A DNA stretch of 64,000 nt from a virus (lineage: Duplodnaviria; Caudoviricetes). The position numbers were made by a program, and so were the translations under genes. Below the pieces are notes generated by a model. That model was not told the DNA's origin, made no database searches, and saw nothing but the letters and a program-made list of their open reading frames with translations. Positions 44,680 to 53,998 of this stretch are shown in pieces; positions within the stretch are counted from its first letter, which is position 1; each line of letters starts with the position of its first letter. The DNA lies in IMG/VR virus record IMGVR_UViG_3300020420_000671. One strand, 5' to 3'.

Positions 44680-45746
44680 TGACGATTTATATAGTAGATA
44701 TTGAAGCAGTTGATACACGTTATACAAAACAATGGAAAGAGCATCTTCCCTCTCAACTAAGACAATCTACTAACCATAAAGTTGTTACTATAAGTGGCGG
44801 AGATACTCCCCAGGCAACAACACCTGGGGCGTTTCTTAACTTTGGTGGTACTAACGTATACAAAAGTAAACAGTTAGAACAGATAGGAGAAATGTTTTGT
44901 AAAGGTGAAGTTAAAAAAGGTGATTACTTTCTTTATACTGATGCTTGGAATCCTACTGTTATACAATTACGTTACATGTCAGAACTATTAGGAGTTCCAA
45001 TTAGAATTGGAGGACTATGGCATGCCGGTTCATATGATCCACAAGACTTTTTAGGTAGATTGATAGGTGATAAACCTTGGGTAAGACATGCTGAAAGAAG
45101 TATGTATGCTTGTTTTGATGATAACTTTTTTGCCACACAGTTTCATATTGATATGTTTCTTGATACGTTTAAACATAAAGGAAGTGACCTCCAATGGATA
45201 CAAGTAGATGAATCTAAAGTAAAGAAAGTTGGCTGGCCAATGGAGTATCTAAAAGATAGTTTAACTTCTTATAGAAAGATGGACAAAATAAATTCTATAG
45301 TATTTCCACATAGACTTGCTCCAGAAAAACAAATTGACATTTTTAAAGATCTAAGAGAAAGTATGCCAGAATATGAGTTTGTAATATGTCAAGAAAGACA
45401 ACTGACAAAGAATGAATATCATAACATACTAGGCGAAGCTAAAATTGTTTTTAGTGCTAACTTACAAGAAACTTTGGGAATAAGTTGGTATGAAGGAGTA
45501 ATAGTAGGTGCCCTTCCACTAGTTCCTGATAGATTAAGTTATAGTGAAATGGCTACACAAGATTTTAAATATCCTAGCATTTGGACTAAGAACTTTGAAC
45601 AGTATCAAAGATACAAACCGCAGTTGATAGCAAAAATAAAAGACCTAATGGAATACTATGATGAATATTTAGGGCCATTAGAAAAACAACGTTTACAACT
45701 TAAAAAGTTTTTTGATGGTGAAAAGTTATACGGGAGTATAAAGTAA
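44679..45746 (+). CDS. GT-B glycosyltransferase
   Basis: FPHRLAPEKQ, FSANLQETLGISWYEG...PLVPDRLSYSE (E-x7-E type donor-binding motif). Confidence 0.75.
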   Translation: MTIYIVDIEAVDTRYTKQWKEHLPSQLRQSTNHKVVTISGGDTPQATTPGAFLNFGGTNVYKSKQLEQIGEMFCKGEVKKGDYFLYTDAWNPTVIQLRYMSELLGVPIRIGGLWHAGSYDPQDFLGRLIGDKPWVRHAERSMYACFDDNFFATQFHIDMFLDTFKHKGSDLQWIQVDESKVKKVGWPMEYLKDSLTSYRKMDKINSIVFPHRLAPEKQIDIFKDLRESMPEYEFVICQERQLTKNEYHNILGEAKIVFSANLQETLGISWYEGVIVGALPLVPDRLSYSEMATQDFKYPSIWTKNFEQYQRYKPQLIAKIKDLMEYYDEYLGPLEKQRLQLKKFFDGEKLYGSIK

Positions 45747-46093
45747 TGGGCGACGATCATAAAATTACAATTAATATTAGCAATCCGGAGGACAACTATT
45801 CTACTTATATTACTAGTGGAACCTCAACGATCGCTCCTAGTTTTAACATAGATGATTTAAATGATACTGGCTCAGAATATGCTATAAACACAGATTACAC
45901 TTATACTACAGACGGTTTTGATATTAGTATGCCTGGTATAGACAATAGCCCAGACACTTGGCCTGCTGAGTATAGAGTAAAGGAAATGATTGAAAAGTAT
46001 CCAGCTTTGAAAATACAATATGAAAAATTTTTAGAGATTTATAATTTAATTAAAGATGACCATAAGGACAATTTGGATGACATTCTTAAGTAA
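45746..46093 (+). CDS. Hypothetical protein
   Basis: Acidic low-complexity N-terminus, KYPAL C-terminal helix. Confidence 0.55.
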   Translation: MGDDHKITINISNPEDNYSTYITSGTSTIAPSFNIDDLNDTGSEYAINTDYTYTTDGFDISMPGIDNSPDTWPAEYRVKEMIEKYPALKIQYEKFLEIYNLIKDDHKDNLDDILK

Positions 46094-46586
46094 GTTTATG
46101 GATAAAATAGGAAGACGCAGAGTAATTACAGATAGGACTGGGAAGATTCCTTATCTTATAAGATACTATGTGTTTCTAAAAGATAGAAAACATTTTCCGT
46201 TCAACATAACCTTACATAAGGTTTTAGTAAGTGATGAACCTAAACTACATGACCATCCTTGGAACTGGGGAGCAGTAATATTGAAAGGTGGTTATTGGGA
46301 ACACATTCCTATTAGATCAATGGAAGGAGCAGTAGTTGGTAGCACAAGAGAATGGAGAGGTCCTGGGCACATTAGATTTAGAAAAGCAGAAGACTTACAT
46401 TGGTTAGAATTAGAAAAGGATAAGGACGGTAATGAAATACCTTGTGTCAGTTTATTCTTGATGGGTAAGAAACGTAAAGAATGGGGATTTGTAGACTGGT
46501 TTCCAGCAACAGAGAAAAACTGGAGAAACGCAGGTTATAGATGGGTACATAATGAAACATACTTAAAGGAAAGGCAGAATGGTTAA
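46077..46586 (+). CDS. Cupin-fold protein
   Basis: LHDHPWNWGAVILKGGYWE...HWLEL cupin metal motif. Confidence 0.65.
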   Translation: MTFLSKFMDKIGRRRVITDRTGKIPYLIRYYVFLKDRKHFPFNITLHKVLVSDEPKLHDHPWNWGAVILKGGYWEHIPIRSMEGAVVGSTREWRGPGHIRFRKAEDLHWLELEKDKDGNEIPCVSLFLMGKKRKEWGFVDWFPATEKNWRNAGYRWVHNETYLKERQNG

Positions 46587-47112
46587 AAAGCATTACTACA
46601 CTTGGAAAGATGTAGAAAGAAGTTGTATTAGCATCGTTAATCAAATGTATACTGACCAGTGGCGACCAGATTACATTGTTGGTATTACAAGAGGTGGTAA
46701 TATTCCTGCTACGATAATTTCAAACATGACAGGAATACCATGTGAAGCAATTAAAGTAAGTCTTAGAGATGACAGCAAATTAGAAAGCAATACTAGAATG
46801 GCAATGGATGCCTATGGCAAATTTCAACAAGGACAAAACAAAAACGAAGGAAAAAACATTTTAATTGTTGATGATATAAATGACACAGGAGCAACGTTCA
46901 ATTGGATAGTAGATGATTGGGAAAGAAGTTGTAATCCTGGTGATACAGAATGGAGAAACGTTTGGTGTGAAAATGTACGTTTCGCAGTAATAACAGATAA
47001 CTCAGCAAGTGATTTTAAATTTATGGTAAATTATTCAACACATGAAGTGAATAAAAAAGAAGAAGACATTTGGTTAGTTTACCCTTGGGAAAGGGTAGGC
47101 ACATATGATTGA
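46579..47112 (+). CDS. Type I phosphoribosyltransferase (purine PRTase-like)
   Basis: IVGITRGG, ILIVDDINDTGATF PRPP loop, WLVYPWE. Confidence 0.88.
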   Translation: MVKKHYYTWKDVERSCISIVNQMYTDQWRPDYIVGITRGGNIPATIISNMTGIPCEAIKVSLRDDSKLESNTRMAMDAYGKFQQGQNKNEGKNILIVDDINDTGATFNWIVDDWERSCNPGDTEWRNVWCENVRFAVITDNSASDFKFMVNYSTHEVNKKEEDIWLVYPWERVGTYD

Positions 47113-47689
47113 ACATCAATTAATTTTTCCTACACAGGTATTTAGAGCCCAGTATCAACCTGCTAATGAATTACAAAGGACTGTGGTACCAATATTATTA
47201 GAACAAGAGAAAAATGATCAAAAACCTTTAAAGTATACTGCTAACGGATATACTGACTATGGTAGAGAAAACTTATTAGAAAGACCCGTGTTTAAAGACT
47301 TGAAAGAGTTCATTGATGATGTAGTGGTGCGTTGTCATAAACAGACAGGCTTACAAAACACACCGTCACTTAAAAGCAGTTGGTTTAGTATTAACCGTAA
47401 ATACACATATCACGAAGAGCATAATCATCTTCCAGACACATGGAGCGGAGTATATTATATACAAGCAGATAGAGATCATCCAGGGCTTACTTTGGTTAAT
47501 CCTAACATGAAATCAAACTGGCCTGGTACATATGGTAGAGCAGAATTGAACGATGTTAATTCATCAAGTGTTACTTGTGCGGCATTTACAGGAAGCCTAA
47601 TAGTATTTCCAAGCCATTTACATCACAAAGTAGAACAACAAACAGTAGATAAAGAACGTATAATGGTGGCATTTAATTATGGATTCTAA
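47105..47689 (+). CDS. 2OG-Fe(II) oxygenase family protein
   Basis: HEEHNH...WSGVYY...FPSHLHHKV...RIMVAFN. Confidence 0.8.
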   Translation: MIEHQLIFPTQVFRAQYQPANELQRTVVPILLEQEKNDQKPLKYTANGYTDYGRENLLERPVFKDLKEFIDDVVVRCHKQTGLQNTPSLKSSWFSINRKYTYHEEHNHLPDTWSGVYYIQADRDHPGLTLVNPNMKSNWPGTYGRAELNDVNSSSVTCAAFTGSLIVFPSHLHHKVEQQTVDKERIMVAFNYGF

Positions 47690-48014
47690 ACCTTGGACAG
47701 ATATTTTGATTGATACGAGAGATTATACAGTTTATAGAGACAAGTATCCAGTAACAGAAGGACACATACTTTTTGTACCCAAAGAACAAACCTTTGAAGC
47801 AATACAAAAATGCTATAAAGCCGCATACGGCTGGGGTTATGAATGGGTAGAAAAAGGTTACTGTGATGCTTATAATGTTGGACAAAATGTAGGCAAGGAA
47901 GCAGGTCAAACTGTTCCTTATCCACATATCCATCTCATCCCACGTCGCAAGGGTGATATGGAAGATCCAAGAGGAGGAGTGCGACACGTGATCCCTGAAA
48001 AGGGAAGATATTAG
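47679..48014 (+). CDS. HIT-family nucleotide hydrolase
   Basis: YPVTEGHILFVP, GQTVPYPHIHLIPR histidine triad. Confidence 0.92.
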   Translation: MDSKPWTDILIDTRDYTVYRDKYPVTEGHILFVPKEQTFEAIQKCYKAAYGWGYEWVEKGYCDAYNVGQNVGKEAGQTVPYPHIHLIPRRKGDMEDPRGGVRHVIPEKGRY

Positions 48015-48017
48015 GAG

Positions 48018-48239
48018 GTGAAAATGAAGCCAGGTGATGCTCTATTAGTTGCGGCTAGAAAACAAGCAGAAGGTGAAATTGCGGTACATCTTGCTAACAT
48101 TGAAGTTTACAAAACAATGCCAGCAGGTATTGGTGAACATTCAGATGTTACAGAAGCAGTTATCGCAGAGCTTGATAAGTTAGCGGCGGCTGATGACCGG
48201 TTAGAAATGCTTGACAAGTACTTCAAAGATAATGACTAA
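48018..48239 (+). CDS. Hypothetical protein
   Basis: AGGAGG SD. Confidence 0.6.
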   Translation: MKMKPGDALLVAARKQAEGEIAVHLANIEVYKTMPAGIGEHSDVTEAVIAELDKLAAADDRLEMLDKYFKDND

Positions 48240-49059
48240 AACATTATTCTTGGGTGACAGCCATTCACATGGTTACTTCGAAATGGGTGGAAAAGTCCAC
48301 GCATGGGAAAGCAATAACTATGCTGAAATATACGCCAGAGATAATGACAAACAAACTGTAATTTACAGTATTCCAGGCGGGTGTAATAGAAAGTATCCTG
48401 CCTGGTTAAAATCAATGCTTGATAGATATCAAGACATAGATGAAGTATTTGTTCAATCAACTTACTGGAATAGATTTTTATTATCCTGCTCAAGAGACTT
48501 AGGAGTCGGAGAGGAAACTGATTCTAGCCTGTACCTGGACGAAGACCAACCTAAAGACGAACTAATTGATAGATACACAGATCATAGAATAACAGATGGT
48601 TATATAGAAATGATCGAACAAACAAGGAAAGAAAACTATGAAGAATTCAAAGGATTTGCTTTTAATGATATGAAAGTTGGACATGATTTTAAAACATTCC
48701 ATGAAAAATATTCTTATACAAAACTATGGCATGAATTGGTTACACCATTACAGTATAAAGACTATTGTATCGATCTTTATGCCATAGATAATATGTGTAA
48801 GGAAAGAAACATAAAATGGTATCTTTGGAGTATAAATGATAGGGTATTCGTTCCTGAAAATATCAATTACTATGGAAAGCTATCTTGTATTAGAGCGCCT
48901 ATGAGTGCTGAATCTTTTTTCAAAACTAAGATGGATTTGGATATTGAAACGGATCATTATAGACTTGATGGTGAACATTACATTAGAGAAATACACAATA
49001 AGATAGCTAGAGACTATATTGGTTATTTAAAGGATCCTAATTATGAAATTAAGACTTGA
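48232..49059 (+). CDS. SGNH-like protein
   Basis: FLGDSHSHG block I, DGEHY block V. Confidence 0.55.
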   Translation: MTKTLFLGDSHSHGYFEMGGKVHAWESNNYAEIYARDNDKQTVIYSIPGGCNRKYPAWLKSMLDRYQDIDEVFVQSTYWNRFLLSCSRDLGVGEETDSSLYLDEDQPKDELIDRYTDHRITDGYIEMIEQTRKENYEEFKGFAFNDMKVGHDFKTFHEKYSYTKLWHELVTPLQYKDYCIDLYAIDNMCKERNIKWYLWSINDRVFVPENINYYGKLSCIRAPMSAESFFKTKMDLDIETDHYRLDGEHYIREIHNKIARDYIGYLKDPNYEIKT

Positions 49060-49084
49060 CAAAAACCTAAATAAAGTATATAAT
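49056..49084 (+). promoter_or_regulatory. Consensus sigma70 promoter
   Basis: TTGACA-17 nt-TATAAT upstream of folE. Confidence 0.8.
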
Positions 49085-49127
49085 AAACAGAAATGGCAAT
49101 CCACTGCCTTAACATCGGAGATGAAAA

Positions 49128-49817
49128 TTGGATAAAAGTGAAGAAATTATTAAAAGACTGCGTGATGCCAACATTAGGTATTGGGCAGGTGATAATATTA
49201 GTGAAGTACTAAAACAAGGTGACAAGGAAGCCTTAATTGAAGAACTTACTCCAAAGTTTGAAACAGTACTAGACAGTTTAATTATTGATCGTTATAATGA
49301 TCCTAACAGTAAAGACACTGGTAGACGATTAGCAAAAATGTATATCAATGAAATAATGAGTGGTAGGTATGAGCCTATGCCAAACGCAACTGCTTTTCCT
49401 AACCACGTAGATGATGGTTACAAAGGAATGTTGGTTGTGCGAAGCGAAATAAAAAGTATGTGTTCGCATCATCATCAACCTGTAAATGGTGTGGCATACA
49501 TAGGTATCATTGCCGCAGAAACACTAATAGGACTTTCTAAGTATACACGTATAGCTCAATGGTGTGCTAGAAGAGGAACATTACAAGAAGAACTAAACAA
49601 TGTAATTGCTAACGAAATACAAAAAGCAACAGGTAGTTCAAACATAGGTGTCTATTTACAAGCAACACATGGTTGTTGTGAAAATAGAGGTATAGGTGCT
49701 CATAGTAGTTTAACACAGACTACTGTACTACGTGGAGCATTTAATGAGGATCCAGGAACTAAAAAGGAGTTTATGGACAATATTAAACTACAACAAGAAT
49801 TTGCTTGTGGAAAATAG
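49128..49817 (+). CDS. folE: GTP cyclohydrolase I
   Basis: TTG start; SMCSHHHQP, GLSKYTRI, LQEEL, HGCCENRG. Confidence 0.95.
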   Translation: MDKSEEIIKRLRDANIRYWAGDNISEVLKQGDKEALIEELTPKFETVLDSLIIDRYNDPNSKDTGRRLAKMYINEIMSGRYEPMPNATAFPNHVDDGYKGMLVVRSEIKSMCSHHHQPVNGVAYIGIIAAETLIGLSKYTRIAQWCARRGTLQEELNNVIANEIQKATGSSNIGVYLQATHGCCENRGIGAHSSLTQTTVLRGAFNEDPGTKKEFMDNIKLQQEFACGK

Positions 49818-49827
49818 AAAGGATAAC

Positions 49828-50028
49828 ATGAATCATTTTTCAGTTAGTATAGTTAAAAGTATTTTTAGAATCGTAGCAGGTGGATTATTATCCTATGGAG
49901 GCTACGTTTTTTGGTCGGCAAATATGTACAGTGATATCTTTATAGCAGACAGTGGGTTTGTAATAATGTTATCAGGTGGAGCATTTGTCATAGCAGAAGC
50001 ATTAGGTATAATAGAGGAGATAGTGTAA
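49828..50028 (+). CDS. Small two-TM membrane protein
   Basis: Two hydrophobic helices. Confidence 0.55.
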   Translation: MNHFSVSIVKSIFRIVAGGLLSYGGYVFWSANMYSDIFIADSGFVIMLSGGAFVIAEALGIIEEIV

Positions 50029-50141
50029 TGAAGTTAAGCGAATTTAGAAAAAAGTTCGGTGAAGGTACAGATTTTGATCTTGACTATGGTAAACTTTTTA
50101 TTATAGCAATTTGTATTTACATTGCGATTAAGGTCAGCTAA
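50028..50141 (+). CDS. 37-aa single-TM peptide (not in ORF track)
   Basis: MKLSEFRKKFGEGTDFDLDYGKLFIIAICIYIAIKVS; GAGGAG SD. Confidence 0.45.
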   Translation: MKLSEFRKKFGEGTDFDLDYGKLFIIAICIYIAIKVS

Positions 50142-50144
50142 GAT

Positions 50145-51047
50145 ATGGACAAGGCAGAAAAGAAAGTATATTACAGTGAAATATTCCACTCTATTCAGGG
50201 AGAAGGACACTATACAGGTGTGCCTACTGCTTGGATACGTTTCTTTCTGTGTAACCTACAATGTAGTGGCTTTGGACAGATAGATCCTACAAATCCAGAA
50301 ACATATGATCTTCCGTTTTTAGATTATGATGTAAGTCAAGTAGAAAGAGTAGAAGACTTGCCTGTGTGGGAAAAAGGTTGTGATAGTTCTTACACTTGGG
50401 CAAAAAAATACAAACATCTTATGGGACATGAAGTTCCTAGTGTATTGGCAAACAAGATTGTAGATATACTAAGAACAGATTCGAATCCAGAAGGTTTGTT
50501 TTTACATCCTGTGAGTAAACAAAGACAACACTTATGTTTTACAGGCGGCGAACCCTTAATGATTACTGGACAGACAGCAAGTGTTGGCATTTATGAGGAA
50601 CTTGAAAAATTAGGTAACTTGCCTAGTTCAATGACTTTTGAAACTAACGGTACACAAAAGTTGAGAGATCCTTTTAAAGAATGGGTGAAAAGAATAGATG
50701 AAGAAGTATTCTTTAGTTGTAGTCCTAAACTGTTTACTGTGAGTGGAGAAGAAGCTAAAAAAGCAATTATACCAGAAGTAGTAGGTGAGTATGCTGATCT
50801 TTCTAATAAAGGACAATTAAAATTTGTTGTAGGTTCTGAACAACGACAATGGGATGAAATGGAATCTGTTGTAGAAAAATTTAAAGCACAAGGTGTTGAT
50901 TGGCCAATATGGGTTATGCCTGTAGGAGCCAGAGAAGAAGAACAGAGTGCGACAGCAGGTGATGTAGCAAAAATGGCTTTCCAAAGAGGATATAATGTAG
51001 CGGCAAGAGTACATGTATACTTGTTTGGAAACGCAATTGGAACGTAA
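50145..51047 (+). CDS. queE: 7-carboxy-7-deazaguanine synthase (radical SAM)
   Basis: SEIFHSIQGEG, RFFLCNLQC...CDS, FTGGEP, ETNGT, SPK, RVH. Confidence 0.9.
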   Translation: MDKAEKKVYYSEIFHSIQGEGHYTGVPTAWIRFFLCNLQCSGFGQIDPTNPETYDLPFLDYDVSQVERVEDLPVWEKGCDSSYTWAKKYKHLMGHEVPSVLANKIVDILRTDSNPEGLFLHPVSKQRQHLCFTGGEPLMITGQTASVGIYEELEKLGNLPSSMTFETNGTQKLRDPFKEWVKRIDEEVFFSCSPKLFTVSGEEAKKAIIPEVVGEYADLSNKGQLKFVVGSEQRQWDEMESVVEKFKAQGVDWPIWVMPVGAREEEQSATAGDVAKMAFQRGYNVAARVHVYLFGNAIGT

Positions 51048-51057
51048 AGGAGGTGAT

Positions 51058-51447
51058 ATGAAAGATATCATTAATAAGATAAAAGGTCTTGGCAAAAAGA
51101 AAAAAGAAGTAAAGAAACCTCTTAGTGCTGAAGAAGAAAGAAGAGCAGTATTAGCCAAAGAAAAGGAAGAAGCATCTAAGAAAGGTGAACCTTGGGTTGG
51201 TGTATTAGATACAAAAGTAAATCCAGATAACATCAAAAATGGTTTTTTCGAGCTTGATTGGAATAATGAATTTATTGAACAATTACTCGATGCTGGCTAT
51301 ACTGGCGAATCAAATGAGCAAATTGTTGATGCTTGGTTCAAAACTATTGCTAGGCAAGTGCTTGAAGATGGTGGAGAAGACCCAGATAGAAATGCTGGTT
51401 TTATAGACACTACTAAAATTGATGAAAAGAAAACAAAAGTTTCTTGA
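51058..51447 (+). CDS. Hypothetical phage protein
   Basis: AGGAGG SD; GFFELDWN motif. Confidence 0.65.
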   Translation: MKDIINKIKGLGKKKKEVKKPLSAEEERRAVLAKEKEEASKKGEPWVGVLDTKVNPDNIKNGFFELDWNNEFIEQLLDAGYTGESNEQIVDAWFKTIARQVLEDGGEDPDRNAGFIDTTKIDEKKTKVS

Positions 51448-51472
51448 CAAATTACACAATAGAAAGTATAGT
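51444..51472 (+). promoter_or_regulatory. Sigma70-type promoter
   Basis: TTGACA-17 nt-TATAGT; ATG 7 nt downstream. Confidence 0.65.
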
Positions 51473-51478
51473 AATACT

Positions 51479-52465
51479 ATGACTTACATATTAGTAGATA
51501 CAGCAAATACATTTTTTCGAGCTAGACACGTAATACGTGGAGATTTAGAAACTAAAATTGGTATGGCATTACATATCACGTTAGGTGGTATACGTAAAGC
51601 ATATCAGGACTTTGAAGGTGCTCATGTTGTATTCTGCTTAGAAGGTCGTAGTTGGCGTAAGGATTATTATGAGCCTTACAAAAGAAATAGAAGTGATGCT
51701 CGTGCGGCACAGACAGAAAGAGAACAAGAAGAAGATAAAGTGTTCTGGGAAATATTTGATGAGTTTAATAAGTTTGTAAGTAACAAAACAAATTGTTCTG
51801 TATTACATCACCCTACTTTAGAAGCAGATGATTTGATCGCAGGTTGGATACAAGCACACCCTAATGATAATCATGTTATTATATCAACCGATGGTGACTT
51901 CGGACAACTTATTGCTCCTAATGTAAGTCAATACAATGGCGTACAAAATACTATTATTACACACGAAGGATACTTTGATGATAAGAAAAGATTGCCTGTG
52001 ATAGATAAAAAGACAGGCAAAGAAAAGCCTGCTCCAGATCCTGAATGGTTATTGTTTGAAAAGTGTATGAGAGGTGACACAAGTGATAATGTGTTTAGTG
52101 CTTATCCTGGTGTAAGAACAAAAGGCACAAAAAATAAAGTAGGCTTGTTAGAAGCATACGCAGATAGAAAAAGTAAAGGATTTAATTGGAATAATCTAAT
52201 GTTACAACGTTGGATGGATCACAAAGGAGAAGAACATAGAGTTCTTGACGATTACAATAGAAATGTTGTTCTGTGTGATTTATCAGCACAGCCTGGTAAC
52301 GTTAGGTCAATTATAAATGACGTAGTAGAAGATGCTATGGAACAACCGAAAAGCATATCACAAGTTGGATTACATCTTATGAAGTTCTGTGCTAAACATG
52401 ACCTACAAAAGATAGCAGATAATGTTCAACAATATGCTGAACCACTACAGGCAAAATACTCATAG
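51479..52465 (+). CDS. T4 RNase H-like 5'-3' exonuclease (flap endonuclease family)
   Basis: ILVDTAN, SWRKDYYEPYKRNR, EADDLIA, ISTDGDF, GDTSDNV. Confidence 0.88.
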   Translation: MTYILVDTANTFFRARHVIRGDLETKIGMALHITLGGIRKAYQDFEGAHVVFCLEGRSWRKDYYEPYKRNRSDARAAQTEREQEEDKVFWEIFDEFNKFVSNKTNCSVLHHPTLEADDLIAGWIQAHPNDNHVIISTDGDFGQLIAPNVSQYNGVQNTIITHEGYFDDKKRLPVIDKKTGKEKPAPDPEWLLFEKCMRGDTSDNVFSAYPGVRTKGTKNKVGLLEAYADRKSKGFNWNNLMLQRWMDHKGEEHRVLDDYNRNVVLCDLSAQPGNVRSIINDVVEDAMEQPKSISQVGLHLMKFCAKHDLQKIADNVQQYAEPLQAKYS

Positions 52466-52474
52466 GAGGCAAAT

Positions 52475-52951
52475 ATGATAAAAGCAAAACCAATACTAAA
52501 AAATAAATTTTGGATTATAGAAAACAATGGACAAAGAATAGGCACATTATCTAAGCAAGAAGATAAAAGATATATGTATAGTTGTGCTACTGGTACTGAA
52601 TATTTTTCGGATACAAAAAGTTTCAACAGTTACATAGGAGGAGTAAGCTGGGATAAAACAAGTATTTCAGATGCTGACTCTGTCACAAAAGAAATACACG
52701 GATTTAGTACTTCAACTAAACCACACAATGTGATTTATAATGTACAGAAAAAACTTCCGCTTTTTACAAAAAGTAAAAAGTCTAAAAGTTTATATTGTGC
52801 TGGATATTATATAATTAAGTTTGACAAGGGTTGGGTAAGAAGTTTTTGTCCTAAACTTGTTACTCTTGAAACCTATGATTACAAAGGACCTTTCAAGACA
52901 GAATTTACTATGAGAGAGGAACTTAAAAATGCAAACAAAAGAAGCTATTAA
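52475..52951 (+). CDS. Hypothetical phage protein
   Basis: AGGAGG SD, 158 aa. Confidence 0.65.
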   Translation: MIKAKPILKNKFWIIENNGQRIGTLSKQEDKRYMYSCATGTEYFSDTKSFNSYIGGVSWDKTSISDADSVTKEIHGFSTSTKPHNVIYNVQKKLPLFTKSKKSKSLYCAGYYIIKFDKGWVRSFCPKLVTLETYDYKGPFKTEFTMREELKNANKRSY

Positions 52952-53174
52952 TACTATTCCTATACAAAAGTTTATCCAACAGGTAAAGATTGCTGATTCA
53001 GGTCAGCATAAAGAAATTAGGATGAATATACAAGAAGCAAAAAATCTTATGTTTTCTTTAAGCACACTCATTGCTAATACACAAGGCAGACTAGAACAAC
53101 TTATTGTTGATAACAAATCAACTGGTGAAGAGACTGTTACAATAGCAATGGACGGTGGTTCTGAATGGAAATAA
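52929..53174 (+). CDS. Hypothetical protein
   Basis: Coupled ORF. Confidence 0.6.
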   Translation: MQTKEAINTIPIQKFIQQVKIADSGQHKEIRMNIQEAKNLMFSLSTLIANTQGRLEQLIVDNKSTGEETVTIAMDGGSEWK

Positions 53175-53234
53175 ACAGATAGTTTAACCTAAAAAGAGAT
53201 AAATATATACGTATATAATTTGAAGGATACGTAT

Positions 53235-53525
53235 ATGAGTAGACCAAAACCTACAGTAATATTAGAGAACATTGATAAGAACAATTACAAGTGTGAACAA
53301 ATACTAAAGGCAGAAGCTATATGGGCTGTCTTTTTTAAAGGTGCTCCTTTTAATTTAAAAACCTCTAATGCTCTTACAAATTACCCCGGACCTAAATATA
53401 AGAAAGTTTCTTTTTCAAATCCAGGCCATGCTCATAATCTAGCTAAGAAGCTAAATGAGATGTTCAAGTGCGAAGACTTTTCCGTGTATAAACTTACAAG
53501 TGGAGAAGTGGTAACGGATGAATGA
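53235..53525 (+). CDS. Hypothetical phage protein
   Basis: MSRPKP, KYKKVSFSNPGHA; late box GATAAATA at 53198. Confidence 0.65.
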   Translation: MSRPKPTVILENIDKNNYKCEQILKAEAIWAVFFKGAPFNLKTSNALTNYPGPKYKKVSFSNPGHAHNLAKKLNEMFKCEDFSVYKLTSGEVVTDE

Positions 53526-53905
53526 ACTGGAAAGAAACATACACTAAGATCTTCCTAAAACAGGCTGATATTGCAATTAGTGAAACATCACTAAAGCAGT
53601 ACATGCCTCTATGGTGGCAAAACACCAGAGGCAAAACACAAGGCGGATTACGTCTTACTGATGATGGCTTTGATTTTCTTGCTGAAAGAATAGATCTACA
53701 GATGTATGAAATACCGTTTCCTAAAGATTTTACCATGACTACCCAAACTGTCATTTTTTTAGACCAATTCATAAATTGTCCATACTATCTTGGTAACAGA
53801 AGTATATGGGTAACGGATGAAAAGAAGTCTATGGAACTACATCTTTTCTCAGGTGATCTCCGAAAATATGGTTTAGTGAAAGCAATCGAACGCCAAAAAA
53901 AATAA
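53522..53905 (+). CDS. Hypothetical phage protein
   Basis: GGLRLTDDGF, CPYY. Confidence 0.65.
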   Translation: MNWKETYTKIFLKQADIAISETSLKQYMPLWWQNTRGKTQGGLRLTDDGFDFLAERIDLQMYEIPFPKDFTMTTQTVIFLDQFINCPYYLGNRSIWVTDEKKSMELHLFSGDLRKYGLVKAIERQKK

Positions 53906-53924
53906 TATTTTGGTAAAAAAGAGG

Positions 53925-53952
53925 TTGACTTTTATCTAATTGATGCTATACT
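53925..53952 (+). promoter_or_regulatory. Sigma70-type promoter
   Basis: TTGACT-16 nt-TATACT with TGn extended -10. Confidence 0.55.
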
Positions 53953-53998
53953 GTATACATAGTTAGAAATTAGGCACTGACACAAAAAGGAGTACAAA

